IMG/VR virus record: IMGVR_UViG_3300032246_001735
Location: 1-60,000 of that record
Reading direction: 5' to 3' (one strand)
Length of the DNA stretch: 60,000 bases
Source: a virus
Lineage: Duplodnaviria > Caudoviricetes
Shown: positions 39,029 to 49,449 of the stretch, piece after piece
How the letters are laid out: each line of letters begins with the position of its first letter
Position numbering within the stretch: position 1 is the first letter of the stretch
The notes under the pieces: generated by a model
The model's database searches: none
Told to the model about the DNA's origin: nothing
What the model saw: only the letters and a program-made list of their open reading frames with translations
Position numbers and translations under genes: made by a program

Positions 39029-39851
39029 AAAATTTCATCTCCCTATTTTCCATTTGAAATATTTTTTTAAACTCATCCTCTGAATGAGCATTAGAGTAAT
39101 GAATTCTGTCAACATTGAAGCAATGTTTAAAATCAGTCATTGGATCTAACATATACGCTTCCGGGCGATATATAGTATATTGAGGCCAAATCTCGGATGT
39201 GGGTAAATTCGCGATCTCTTGATTCTGCAGATAACTCAATACTATCTGATTATGACTATGTATAATATCTTTGTTTTCGTATTTTTCAAAATAGTACGGT
39301 AAATTAATCATACGATCTGCAACCTCACTATTCAAAATCCAAAATACATCATCCAGTCTACTTAAAGAATAAACATCGCTATAAACAGCTCTATCACTGA
39401 GATTTATGTTATCTAATTCGTATGCTAAATTTCTATTAGGAGGAAATATAACATCCGGGCGTATCTTAATTACCGCATCATATGTGAAGTTATTTTCTGC
39501 TTCGTATTTCTTCTTTAATTCAAAACATCTTGACATTGTATGCCAAACAACATTACCATGTGTCTTGGGATATTCTTTAATGAATTGATGATAGATATCC
39601 ATTTTCCAAGACTTTGGTGTATAAGCATTCAGAAATTGCTCTAATTTGTCTAAGTCTAAGATTTTTGATTGTCTAGGTACAAAAGGCACATCATTCCATG
39701 ATGATCTGGCGTATGGCTTTACAGTTTCGTAGTCCCATGTATGAATAAAAAAATCACACCGCGGCCATAAATCAGCGATATATCTGCGTATGTTTTCAAC
39801 GCAATGAACGCCTGTTCTTATTATACCGCTAAAACAAACTGCAATTCTCAC
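39021..39851 (-). CDS. Glycosyltransferase-like protein (IAxCxSGxxR family)
   Basis: RIAVCFSGIIR, DFFIHTWD, YDAVIKIRPD; GTG start after AGGAG. Confidence 0.6.
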   Translation of the reverse strand: MRIAVCFSGIIRTGVHCVENIRRYIADLWPRCDFFIHTWDYETVKPYARSSWNDVPFVPRQSKILDLDKLEQFLNAYTPKSWKMDIYHQFIKEYPKTHGNVVWHTMSRCFELKKKYEAENNFTYDAVIKIRPDVIFPPNRNLAYELDNINLSDRAVYSDVYSLSRLDDVFWILNSEVADRMINLPYYFEKYENKDIIHSHNQIVLSYLQNQEIANLPTSEIWPQYTIYRPEAYMLDPMTDFKHCFNVDRIHYSNAHSEDEFKKIFQMENREMKFYD

Positions 39852-40569
39852 TTTATATTTCTCCTTATTATGGTTACATTGTTATTTTCGAATTGTCTTA
39901 TTTTAATACCTCTGTCGGTAAGAAATTCTGCATGATGAACTTGCCAATCACTGTTATTTTTTTTGATTCTCGTTCTATAGCAAAACTACAGACGATATCT
40001 TGTATATCGCTACTAGATATCCAACATATATCTTCTAGGTAACCATTTGATAATTTATTATGGAAGTCAACCGTATATAAAACATTTTTTTCTACGCCGA
40101 TATAATTTGTATCTTCTGTTAAAAATCTACCTTCTCCAAAGTCTAAATCAAATCGTAGTCTCATAACAAGATTATATTTACTATTACTGAGATGCTCGTG
40201 TCTTATTTTTAATTGATTTACTTCCCATATACTTTGAAACATAGGTATTTGAGCATGACAGCATCCTTCCCTAGATTTAACTCGTTTTTGATGAACAGAT
40301 TGATAAATATCGAAATTATCAATTCGTATGTCGATGGGATTATATATTTCCACTATCCTTTTAAATTCTAATTCATCTACTTTCCTACGTATCTTACGAT
40401 CTTCGTGTTCCACAACATGAGGACTCATCGTTTCAATGTCCCAGGTATGAATAAAGATATCAACATTATCACGTAGATTGCCTATATACCTTAACAGAGA
40501 ATCTGCGTTTTCCACCCCAGATCGAATTTGACCACTAATACAAATAGCAATTCTATCACTCAAAGCCAT
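39848..40569 (-). CDS. Glycosyltransferase-like protein (IAxCxSGxxR family), frameshifted at an A8 tract
   Basis: IAICISGQIR, DIFIHTWD, LVMRLRFD. The annotated frame stops at 39898; the -1 frame after A8 (39957-39964) runs to a TGA at 39848 overlapping the next GTG. Confidence 0.6.
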
Positions 40570-40604
40570 GATTAGTTATTTCTTCTGAACACAAGATTCT
40601 ATTT

Positions 40605-41465
40605 TCATAAAAACATTCTCCTTTCGTATTCGTATATTTCATTGTGGTCGTTCGGCAAGGTCAAATATTCGGCGATCTTTCTAAACACATATGAATCGAA
40701 ACATAATCGATTATCAACAACTTGTATATTTTTGATAGTTAGCCATTTATAAAGATTCACGTTGTAGCCACATTGCTTGATGTAGGAATCGTTCCAATGA
40801 CTGCCTAGCATACTCCAAAATTTACCACTATGGTAGTACCGATAAAAATCACAAACAACATTCATTACTCGACTAGACCCAAAGAAAATGGTATCATTTA
40901 AGGCAATTTGCCAATATTCTGATGGAAATACACTAGTATTACCATATAAACTTATAGGACCTATTTCCTGTGGAATAAAATCAGAAAATTTTTTATCAGG
41001 AGTATGATAGATGTCGTGTCGTGTTCTAACCACAATATCAAACTGCATGTTATTATTTAATTCATACCGAGTTTTTAGCCAATTAGCTATCATAATACTG
41101 TAGCTCATATGCACAAAACCCATTGGCTTACGCAGACTAGCAGAGTACTTAGCAGTGAAATGTGGTGGCTGATAATCGTTTGCGTGTTCTGGGTTAAGAA
41201 TCAGGACTGACTTATCATCAATGATCAAATCTTGATAGCCAATTTTTGATAGCATAGCATTGTGCAAACTCTCAGAATCTTGATTCTCTTGTTTTTTAAT
41301 GTTATAACTTACATTTTCTTTTGTATAATCACTGCTATTCCATGAATGTCCAAAGAATACAACGTTATGTGTATTACTTTGATAAAAATTCAAAACATTT
41401 TCGGCGCATTTATGCCAAGTTCTAGGCTCACCAGATAAGCATACTGCTATGTTATATGATTTCAT
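40605..41465 (-). CDS. Glycosyltransferase-like protein (IAxCxSGxxR family)
   Basis: IAVCLSGEPR, FFGHSW, FDIVVRTRHD. Confidence 0.6.
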   Translation of the reverse strand: MKSYNIAVCLSGEPRTWHKCAENVLNFYQSNTHNVVFFGHSWNSSDYTKENVSYNIKKQENQDSESLHNAMLSKIGYQDLIIDDKSVLILNPEHANDYQPPHFTAKYSASLRKPMGFVHMSYSIMIANWLKTRYELNNNMQFDIVVRTRHDIYHTPDKKFSDFIPQEIGPISLYGNTSVFPSEYWQIALNDTIFFGSSRVMNVVCDFYRYYHSGKFWSMLGSHWNDSYIKQCGYNVNLYKWLTIKNIQVVDNRLCFDSYVFRKIAEYLTLPNDHNEIYEYERRMFL

Positions 41466-42234
41466 ATGGTTTTAACTCTCCTACTAGATCAGCATAATCC
41501 TGTGATCTCATAATTTTAAAATCCTGATGAGATACTGTATTAATAATTCCCATAGATCGAACAAAAGGGTAAAGTGCAGCCTCGGGAGGGGGACAAGGTA
41601 TGTGTCTAGGAACTACATCATAAGTATCTATATAATATAATGCCCAATAAAATTCAGAAATTTGATCAAAGGTAAAACTGTCAGAAAAATAAAAAGTATC
41701 TCCTATCATAAATGACTCTGTACTAGTCATCCAGCTATTGTTGGGACTATATATAGAATTAGGTAATATAGGTGTTGGTAGGATTACAGGTTTTCGAAAA
41801 AACAGATCAGTACGAATTCTAAACACAATATCATATTCAAAATTATTTTCAATTTCATGTTGACGTTTTAATCTTGAAGCGTACCATTGGCTATAATATT
41901 GACTTCTACACCACCACCCCAGGGGCGTTGTCACATACTTGTTAACAAGACTAGAATCAAAAGCATTGGTCACATTGATATTACGATCATCGTAACAATA
42001 TTTTTTTGGTTTTAAAGTATCTACAATTCTATTCAATTCATCTTGATCTAATGGTATGTCTTTGGTGTTCTCTTTTGATTTTACTTCCCGAGGAGCCGAT
42101 GCCGGCAAAGTGTTATAAGTCCAGAAATGAAAAAAGATATCTTTTTCTAATTTAGGAAAAATGTTATCTAACCAATTTTGATAACACTTTTCCCAGATCC
42201 TGGGCTGTCCGCTGATGCATAAAGCAATTTTCAT
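41452..42234 (-). CDS. Glycosyltransferase-like protein (IAxCxSGxxR family)
   Basis: Start refined to MKIALCISGQPR (ATGA overlap); DIFFHFW, YDIVFRIRTD. Confidence 0.6.
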   Translation of the reverse strand: MKIALCISGQPRIWEKCYQNWLDNIFPKLEKDIFFHFWTYNTLPASAPREVKSKENTKDIPLDQDELNRIVDTLKPKKYCYDDRNINVTNAFDSSLVNKYVTTPLGWWCRSQYYSQWYASRLKRQHEIENNFEYDIVFRIRTDLFFRKPVILPTPILPNSIYSPNNSWMTSTESFMIGDTFYFSDSFTFDQISEFYWALYYIDTYDVVPRHIPCPPPEAALYPFVRSMGIINTVSHQDFKIMRSQDYADLVGELKPYEII

Positions 42235-43634
42235 AGATTTTTCCATCTAGAGTAAATCCCAGAGAACTCAGGAAATGTTTCTAGAAAATTTGTGCCGCGG
42301 CGTCGATCGTGCTCATCAACAAAAGTTATAAAGTTTTTTCTGTTGACATTGGTCCATTCATTTTCCGGAATATCTTTAGCGATGTTATATATTCTTTTTA
42401 ATTTGTCGGCCTCATGTTCAAAAAATCCTCGATTAGCAGTACCATACCAATTCTTATATTCAAGATTTTTATACATGTGAGTAACTTGATCATAGATCAT
42501 TCCGATCATTTCTTTTTCCATAATAAAAACCGCTTGATGATTAGGAAATCTGAGATAGGGAATGTCTAGAAGCATGGGAGTTCTGGACTCATTATGTCTA
42601 CCATACATACGCTTAATTTCTAAAATATCATCAAGGAATTTAGTATAAGAAGTAAGACTTAAAATATTATAGGTACTCATTATGGTAAACTGAATGCTAG
42701 GAATTTCTTTAAAAGTTCTATGAATATTCTTTAGCCAAGATTCATAATTCATACCAAATCTAATGTATTCACTTTGTTTACCATGTGCTTCTGCACTGGT
42801 AAACAATTTAAAATTCTTAAGTTTCTTTTCTTCTACAATAATCTTTACTTTTTCTAGAAATTTAGAAAACACTTCTTCAGGTGGATTCATATTGGTATTG
42901 ATACTTACTTCTAGGTTAGGATTAGGATTTTTAATAATGTAATCCAAGACCTTAAAGGTATTTTTGCTGAGTAATGGCTCTCCGCCAGTGATCCTAAAAT
43001 GCTGCAAACTACTGTACATCTTCGGCCACCAATCCCAGAAAGCATCTACATAGGGATTTTCTTCTCTGTTTGGGATTGGTATCATGTTCTCTTGTTTGAT
43101 CCACTCTAAATTATTGAATCGATCAGTAGTGGGATATGCTCCAAATTTTTCAATCTCTTCCATCCATTGGCTACTGATGTGAGGAGCACAATAACTACAT
43201 TTAAAATTACAAACATTACTAAAACTTACTTCTACATAACTGGGATCTGCATTATCATCCCAAGGTTTAGAAACAATATCTTCTACAAAAGGATATGCCC
43301 AACGATCTGCGCTCTTGTATACCCGATCGCTATGACTCTCCCCTTGATCTTCTACTCGCCAGCAATAATCACATTCTTCCGGCCGGCTTCCTTCCAACAT
43401 TAATTTTCTTTGCTGTTTCTTAAATTCCGAGTTGTGAAGTGCAGTAGGATTCCTTTTAATTTCTGAAACAGGCACAACATGAGCCTTGGGGTGATGGCAA
43501 CTGTGTGTCATACCATTTTGTAGATGCATAGTTACCTGTTTCCATTTTGCCACACAAAACGAGGGACTAACTGTATCTAATTTAGATTTTACCTGAACTA
43601 GATGCTGTTGATATTTGTTTTCTTCACTCATCAT
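42231..43634 (-). CDS. Radical SAM protein with N-terminal twitch/SPASM-like cysteine cluster
   Basis: CNFKCSYC (CxxxCxxC), TGGEPLL, INTN; N-terminal FCVAKW..SCH..CDYCW; start at 43634 or 43631. Confidence 0.88.
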   Translation of the reverse strand: MMSEENKYQQHLVQVKSKLDTVSPSFCVAKWKQVTMHLQNGMTHSCHHPKAHVVPVSEIKRNPTALHNSEFKKQQRKLMLEGSRPEECDYCWRVEDQGESHSDRVYKSADRWAYPFVEDIVSKPWDDNADPSYVEVSFSNVCNFKCSYCAPHISSQWMEEIEKFGAYPTTDRFNNLEWIKQENMIPIPNREENPYVDAFWDWWPKMYSSLQHFRITGGEPLLSKNTFKVLDYIIKNPNPNLEVSINTNMNPPEEVFSKFLEKVKIIVEEKKLKNFKLFTSAEAHGKQSEYIRFGMNYESWLKNIHRTFKEIPSIQFTIMSTYNILSLTSYTKFLDDILEIKRMYGRHNESRTPMLLDIPYLRFPNHQAVFIMEKEMIGMIYDQVTHMYKNLEYKNWYGTANRGFFEHEADKLKRIYNIAKDIPENEWTNVNRKNFITFVDEHDRRRGTNFLETFPEFSGIYSRWKNL

Positions 43635-45633
43635 GAACCTTTTTGTTAAATTGTTTTTCCAACCACACTCGATCATTAATTTTTAGCAGCGAGTTGTGAT
43701 CATTTATATATTTCTCGGCATATTCTATTGCCTCTTTTGCTCCAAGAACTGCATACTGATCTCGAGAAACAAGCCAGGCTTCCAGTCTATTCTTCTGTTC
43801 TAAATTTTCCGGTTGTTGAATGGAATTATGATATAACTTTACACATTCTCTAAATGCACTGCGCCAAGTGGAAAAAGGATCTGTATTAAATTCAGTTACA
43901 TTACTTATTTCTTCCATGACCTTGATGTCTCGAACTACGGCCGCAAACATATCAAGATCATTCCAAGATCGAAGATTCAATAGGGCCGATTTGGAAAATA
44001 ATTTAACTCCCCCGTATCCATACACCAGATCATTAATTGGATTTTTTGAACTCCATACATATGAGCAGTCTCGATCGAATATCCCCGGTTGATAATTAAA
44101 CTCAAAAGAATCAACCAGCCAGGCATCACCATCTACTACATAAAACATATCGGTGTCTGCTAGACCAGCAGCGGCTTTGTGTGCTTGAAATATGCCTCTG
44201 ATTCCATCTACTCGTTTGGCCCAGGGTGCTTTCTCTAACACACGCGGCCAATTCTTTTCTGCGTTGGGTTCATTATAACTGATAAACACCACATCCAATC
44301 TATTGGCCAGCAGGGGTACAACACGACCTGCATCCTTCTCACCCCAGATGATTGACGATGCTGTTTTCTTTGCGGCCCATATTTTCTCATCTCCGGTATA
44401 CAACTCGTCTAGATACCAAACATGAGTGTAATATCTATCATAATAGGGAATATCATAATCAATGTCCAGTTTTAGATTTTTAAGATCAGTATTATATTCC
44501 ACAGTTTCTAGAGGATATAACTCTCCTATGTTTTTCCATCCTTGAGGTTTATTGATCAATTTGACTCTAATAGCCCAAATATCCTGTCCCCCAGACAATC
44601 TAGAATCTAAGTTCCAAACATGCTCATACTTAAAATCATAATACTGTATATCATAATTAATGGCAAACTCATAGCCCGCAAGATCAGTATTTTCTGTTAC
44701 CGTATACTGCGGTGATACATAATCAACAATCTTGGTCCCTGTAGGAGTTGCTGTAGCAGACATCTTAACAGCCCAAATCTCATCATCGAGATTTTTAGAA
44801 TGTTTGGTATCTAACATCCATACATGTTCATAGGCCAGGTCATGCCAGGGTATTGAGTAGTCTAGACCATAATCTAACTGAGGCAGTGTGGAATTATATT
44901 CGATCTTGATCTCGGGAGATATGGTACCATACCATTTCCACTCCTTGACTTTTCTGTAGTTAGGCGTGAACTTGAATATATACTGTCGCTCATCGGTGAT
45001 ATGCTGCTGATCTAACTCCCAAGCACACTCCCAGGCCAAATCATAAAAGGCGGGGCAACAGGCATCGATGTCAATGTTAAAATCCGGAAGATGCTCATTG
45101 AAAGTAACTGTAACATCGGGAGTTAGATAACCCATATCCTTGGTACCTAGGACCTCTTTACCAGCCCGCTGAGCACTCATTACCCATACTTTATCCTCGA
45201 GAGGATTGAATCTAGGATCCATGTACCATATTAACTTGTAATCCATATCCCAAGGATCTGGTTCAAACTTTGAATAGGGATCATCAACAAAGGTCATTAG
45301 CCTATCTAGATCCGGATTCTTAGTCCATATAAAGTAGGGCTTTTTAATTTCCTTTACATAAAATCCCAGATCATAATGCCAGTCAGACCTGAACAATTTG
45401 GCCACCCACTCGTCTTTATAGGTCCATACTTGACACTGCTCTATATCCGCGTACTGCTCTATATAGAGCTCCAGTTTAGGATCTGACAGATAAGGATTTA
45501 CCACTAGAACATGTTCATGACCCTGTAGTTGCACCAACTCAAATAGATCCAGATCATACTGGCGGTCATCTCCAGTCCACTCTACTGTTTTGACCAACTC
45601 GGGATCTAGTTTAAAAATTTTTCTCTGATTCAT
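43624..45633 (-). CDS. Repeat-containing protein with a C-terminal GT-A-like (DxD) domain
   Basis: About 4-5 copies of IP.YD..Y.HVW.LD..IWA.K; C-terminal DVVFISYNEPNA..AHKAAA..FYVVDGD..YGYGGVKLF..WRSAFRECVKL. Confidence 0.65.
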   Translation of the reverse strand: MNQRKIFKLDPELVKTVEWTGDDRQYDLDLFELVQLQGHEHVLVVNPYLSDPKLELYIEQYADIEQCQVWTYKDEWVAKLFRSDWHYDLGFYVKEIKKPYFIWTKNPDLDRLMTFVDDPYSKFEPDPWDMDYKLIWYMDPRFNPLEDKVWVMSAQRAGKEVLGTKDMGYLTPDVTVTFNEHLPDFNIDIDACCPAFYDLAWECAWELDQQHITDERQYIFKFTPNYRKVKEWKWYGTISPEIKIEYNSTLPQLDYGLDYSIPWHDLAYEHVWMLDTKHSKNLDDEIWAVKMSATATPTGTKIVDYVSPQYTVTENTDLAGYEFAINYDIQYYDFKYEHVWNLDSRLSGGQDIWAIRVKLINKPQGWKNIGELYPLETVEYNTDLKNLKLDIDYDIPYYDRYYTHVWYLDELYTGDEKIWAAKKTASSIIWGEKDAGRVVPLLANRLDVVFISYNEPNAEKNWPRVLEKAPWAKRVDGIRGIFQAHKAAAGLADTDMFYVVDGDAWLVDSFEFNYQPGIFDRDCSYVWSSKNPINDLVYGYGGVKLFSKSALLNLRSWNDLDMFAAVVRDIKVMEEISNVTEFNTDPFSTWRSAFRECVKLYHNSIQQPENLEQKNRLEAWLVSRDQYAVLGAKEAIEYAEKYINDHNSLLKINDRVWLEKQFNKKVHDE

Positions 45634-45701
45634 GTTATATGCTAATTATCATAGTGTATAATATACACTGATCAAGAGTGAAACTCAATTTATAAACTAT
45701 T

Positions 45702-46439
45702 ATGCTTATGTCTAAAGACCAAAATAAACGACCCAAACTGGGCATTATACAGAGTAGAGGGCTAGGTGACCTTGTGATAGCCCTGCCCATAGCCAAGTAC
45801 TACTACGATCAAGGCCATGAAATCTATTGGCCCATATTGGAAGAATTTGTTTCCAGTATGCAGCCCGCGGTACCCTGGGTCAAATGGATCCCTGTACCTT
45901 GGGATCCACAGGGCAAGTTCTTTTGGGATGTGCCCACAGAAAGACTGCGTAACTTTAAGGTTACAGAAACACTATGCCTTTATCAAGCACTGACTGGGCA
46001 TCCGTTTCATGAAGAAATTTATTTTCAACATACTAAATTTGATCAGTACAAGTACATACAGGCCGCTGTACCCTTTCTACACAAATGGCAGTTAGGTGAA
46101 TGCATTACTAGAAACAGAGATCGTGAGCAGGCGCTGTACAATCAAATGGTCAAGAACCCTAACTATGCGGTTGTACACCTTGAGGGCAGTGATCATAGAG
46201 CACAATTCGATACTTCGATCATACCCAAGGACTGGCAGATCATTGAGATCACTGCACAGACTGATTCAATATGGGATTGGCTGACCATCTTGGAAGGTGC
46301 ACAGAGTCTGATCATGGTGGACAGTGTATACAGCAATATAGTGGATCAGCTGGGCATAGGCGATGACAGATACTTTATACCTAGAAGCCACATAGGACTG
46401 ACACCTGTGCAAGGGCAACATTGGAATTGGATCAAATAG
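45702..46439 (+). CDS. Glycosyltransferase family 9-like protein
   Basis: RGLGDLVIALP, YAVVH, W..ILEGA..IMVDS. Confidence 0.65.
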   Translation: MLMSKDQNKRPKLGIIQSRGLGDLVIALPIAKYYYDQGHEIYWPILEEFVSSMQPAVPWVKWIPVPWDPQGKFFWDVPTERLRNFKVTETLCLYQALTGHPFHEEIYFQHTKFDQYKYIQAAVPFLHKWQLGECITRNRDREQALYNQMVKNPNYAVVHLEGSDHRAQFDTSIIPKDWQIIEITAQTDSIWDWLTILEGAQSLIMVDSVYSNIVDQLGIGDDRYFIPRSHIGLTPVQGQHWNWIK

Positions 46440-46486
46440 ACTGTATAATATAATTACACATACTACACTATAGGAAACAGTTACAC

Positions 46487-46693
46487 ATGAGCCTGCCCAA
46501 TCCCGAATACCTAGGTCCCCGCTGCCCGCACTGTGCCATGCCCGTTTGGAGGGGTGCTACTCGTTGCCCCCACTGTACCGGTACTATTGATTTTAGTGCC
46601 CTCGACACCATGGGTGCATTGGGCGCACTAGCAGCAGTGGGCTTGATCATTTATCTATTTTTTGCTGCCATATACAAGGTGTTCTTTGGCTAA
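46487..46693 (+). CDS. Zinc-ribbon plus transmembrane small protein
   Basis: CPHC..CPHC followed by a hydrophobic helix. Confidence 0.65.
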   Translation: MSLPNPEYLGPRCPHCAMPVWRGATRCPHCTGTIDFSALDTMGALGALAAVGLIIYLFFAAIYKVFFG

Positions 46694-47456
46694 ATCCGAC
46701 TCCTCTCGATTAGAACCTGCACGTACAGCCTTGCTGTTTGCTGGTGCTCCACGCTGGTGTAGGGACACAGATCTGCAACTCAAGGCATTAAAAACCCTAG
46801 GACAAGTAGATTGGTATGTGGTATTCTGGGCCGAAGACTACTCTCGAGACCCACTGGTCAGCCCCCAGTGGCGTGTGAGTACACCACAAGAGGCCATACT
46901 TAAACTGGAAGCCCTACTGCCCCAGAATCACAAACTGGCCCAGGTACAGATGCTATACCCACACGTATTACCCCCTATACCCAAAGCAAACTATACAGCA
47001 CATCTGGTGGCGCCCCAAACAGTATGGCGGGACTATTGGTGTTTACACCGTGCTGGTCTACTGCTCAAACAGACCGGCAGAGCCTATGATCTAGTGATAC
47101 GCAGTAGACCTGAACTGGCTATTACTACAGGGCAGGTCAACTTGGATATAGCAGCACGATATGTTAGGCAGAATCCACTGACCTTGATCACACCCCGCAA
47201 CTTGAGATTTGGCACTAAAAAGTTCTGCGAGCATTGGGCCATGGGCTCACCCCAGGCCATGAGTGAGTATACAGACAGTGTATTCCAGTTCGATCATGCT
47301 TATATGGGCGGAACACCCTATTATGCCAGTCACCTGCTGGGTGCTCTGCTCAGTGCAAGGGGTCTAGACTGGCCACAATCGGACTTTGAGATCTCGGTTA
47401 GGGACTCTGCTACAGCACATACATATACAGCCAAGGACTGGGGTCGCTGGCTATAG
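46686..47456 (+). CDS. Glycosyltransferase-like protein (divergent member of the IAxCxSGxxR family)
   Basis: ALLFAGAPR, DWYVVFW, YDLVIRSRPE; probable TTG start at 46686. Confidence 0.55.
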   Translation: MAKSDSSRLEPARTALLFAGAPRWCRDTDLQLKALKTLGQVDWYVVFWAEDYSRDPLVSPQWRVSTPQEAILKLEALLPQNHKLAQVQMLYPHVLPPIPKANYTAHLVAPQTVWRDYWCLHRAGLLLKQTGRAYDLVIRSRPELAITTGQVNLDIAARYVRQNPLTLITPRNLRFGTKKFCEHWAMGSPQAMSEYTDSVFQFDHAYMGGTPYYASHLLGALLSARGLDWPQSDFEISVRDSATAHTYTAKDWGRWL

Positions 47457-47495
47457 TATAGATGGCCAGCGAGCAGTTGCAGGCACATGATCTGT

Positions 47496-48254
47496 TTAAT
47501 GCGAACTGTGAAATAAAACACCCAACTCAGAGGCTATCAGTTGAGCCATGCGCTGATGACTGAAGGGCCCGGGATGTACAAGATCTCGTGCAGAATCTAA
47601 AACATTTAGATAGTGACGCACAAGGGCTAAATCTCGTCCCCAGGTTAAATTTATACAGGGACAACCCCACTGCAGACTGCTGATCATCAATTGAGCCATG
47701 GTGGCAGCATACAAAGGATTCAGAACCCATGCAGATGAACTGGCACCTGGAACAGTTAGATCACTGACAGGCTGCGACCAAGGACCCCAGTTTATCACTC
47801 TCTGCCCTCCCTCGATAAACTCACAACTACGATTAACATTGGGCCAATAATAGACCACAGCACGGGGTCGAACTGATTGAGTTTGCAATTTAACTGAATT
47901 GGCCCAATTTAACTGTATACTGCCCCCAGCCACAGATAGATTAATACAGGGAATACCCACGATCTGCTCTAGATAATGGGGCCAAGTTTCAGAATCATCT
48001 ACTCCGATACCAAATGTCATACTGCAACCAAAACACAAGATACTACTGGACCAATTAATAGAATCAAATTCCGGTGCACGATATCCCTGCGAGTTAAGTG
48101 TATAGGTTACTGAACGATTCCTCCAGATCCAGTCAGATGGCTGACTTTGAAGATTATGCTGATAACGAACTCGAGTGTCAATGGGATAAAAATAAGGTAA
48201 ATCCGCTTGAGCATGGGGCGGCAATCGCGGCGGATAAAATAATTCTATGGACAT
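47496..48254 (-). CDS. SGNH/GDSL-like hydrolase
   Basis: Start refined to MSIELF; Y.LNSQGYR..EF, FGCSMTFG.G, NLSVAGGS, RDLVHPG..SH. Confidence 0.68.
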   Translation of the reverse strand: MSIELFYPPRLPPHAQADLPYFYPIDTRVRYQHNLQSQPSDWIWRNRSVTYTLNSQGYRAPEFDSINWSSSILCFGCSMTFGIGVDDSETWPHYLEQIVGIPCINLSVAGGSIQLNWANSVKLQTQSVRPRAVVYYWPNVNRSCEFIEGGQRVINWGPWSQPVSDLTVPGASSSAWVLNPLYAATMAQLMISSLQWGCPCINLTWGRDLALVRHYLNVLDSARDLVHPGPFSHQRMAQLIASELGVLFHSSH

Positions 48255-48295
48255 GATTAGATAAAGAACACTGCTTATAACAGTATTTACACACG

Positions 48296-48381
48296 TACAA
48301 ATACCCCGCTGTAGAGGTTTGAGAAATAATAGAAGCACGGGCCGCAAACATAGTATATACAAATACCCCGCTGTAGAGGTT
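48296..48381. repeat. 24-bp direct repeat x2
   Basis: TACAAATACCCCGCTGTAGAGGTT at 48296-48319 and 48358-48381. Confidence 0.9.
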
Positions 48382-48475
48382 GGGGGAAATCATACTGTAT
48401 ATACACACACGCATATACATATGTGTATATACAGTATAAGTGTAGAGTACACTGGGATCCCTCTGTGAGAACACT

Positions 48476-48545
48476 GGGAGAACTGAAAAGGCACGGTAGG
48501 GAAATGGTAACTGCACTGAGGGAGAACTGAAAAGGCACGGTAGGG
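48476..48545. repeat. 26-bp direct repeat x2
   Basis: GGGAGAACTGAAAAGGCACGGTAGGG at 48476-48501 and 48520-48545. Confidence 0.9.
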
Positions 48546-49121
48546 GACCGCAAAGGATCGGTGAGAGAATGGCGGGAGAATTGTGGGATTATGGTGAAAA
48601 GTATTTTAACTTAACCCCCCACCCCCACCCTGGTCTCACGGTGAATCACTATAGAAACAGTGCTAAATCCTGTCAAATGGTGTCTAGAGTGGGACCAAAA
48701 TTGGGGGAAATAGCCTATTTTTAGACCATTAGGACCCCATATATAAATAGAATTCTAAACCGAGCGCTAGTGGGAATCTAGGATCTAATCTACCGGGCAC
48801 TCTAGGGCCGACGGGTTGATTCATTCTAGAGGTCATGAGGACATGGTCCCTTGAATCTGCGGCTAGTCTGCGACCAACTTAGAGAGGTAAGACCGCCCCT
48901 GTAGGGGTTAACAGCAGAACGGGACTGCTTAGAACTGGTCAGCTAGAGCAGTACTACTAGGGGCACACTGTATACACGTATACTCTGTGCCCTTTAGTTT
49001 CTATCACAGAGCACTGTATACTCATATACAACACTATATGTATAGTATAAACAGTCGAGGATCTCAAGGCCCGTAATCCCACTGTATATACTCACTATAC
49101 TATTATCTCAGTATAGTGTGT

Positions 49122-49330
49122 ATTATAGCCGTATACTCCCGGGTTATAGTGGTATAATATTATCTGATTATACGGGTTTTTAGTCTTATACTCCCGGGTT
49201 ATAGTGGTATAATATTATCTGATTATACGGGGAGTATACGGCTATAATCCCGGGTTTTAAAATTATAATATTATCTGATTATACGGGAGTTTATCGGAAT
49301 AATATTATGTCAGTATACGGGATTATATCA
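49122..49330. repeat. Iteron-like direct repeats bracketed by a 19-bp inverted repeat
   Basis: 45-bp exact repeat at 49132-49176 and 49187-49231, with decaying copies to ~49330. ATTATAGCCGTATACTCCC (49122-49140) is inverted at 49230-49248. Confidence 0.9.
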
Positions 49331-49415
49331 GAATAATGTTATTGGATTATAAGTGGAGTGCCGGGGTGTGGCTTTTGGGCAACGATCACAGTCATCACGA
49401 TCTCACACTTTTCGG

Positions 49416-49443
49416 TTGACACAGTGTGCAGAGACTGTATAAT
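49416..49443 (+). promoter_or_regulatory. Promoter P1
   Basis: TTGACA-N16-TATAAT; ATG 6 nt downstream with no RBS. Confidence 0.75.
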
Positions 49444-49449
49444 ACGAGA

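Noticed and set aside
48178-48553. Minus-strand ORFs of 112 and 88 aa, and the N-terminal extension of the 47496 gene
   Set aside because: They run through direct repeats and low-complexity TA/CA tracts; the SGNH-like gene more plausibly starts at 48254.
48390-49100. LexA (SOS) boxes from repeated CTGTATA
   Set aside because: None that I checked completes CTGT-N8-ACAG.
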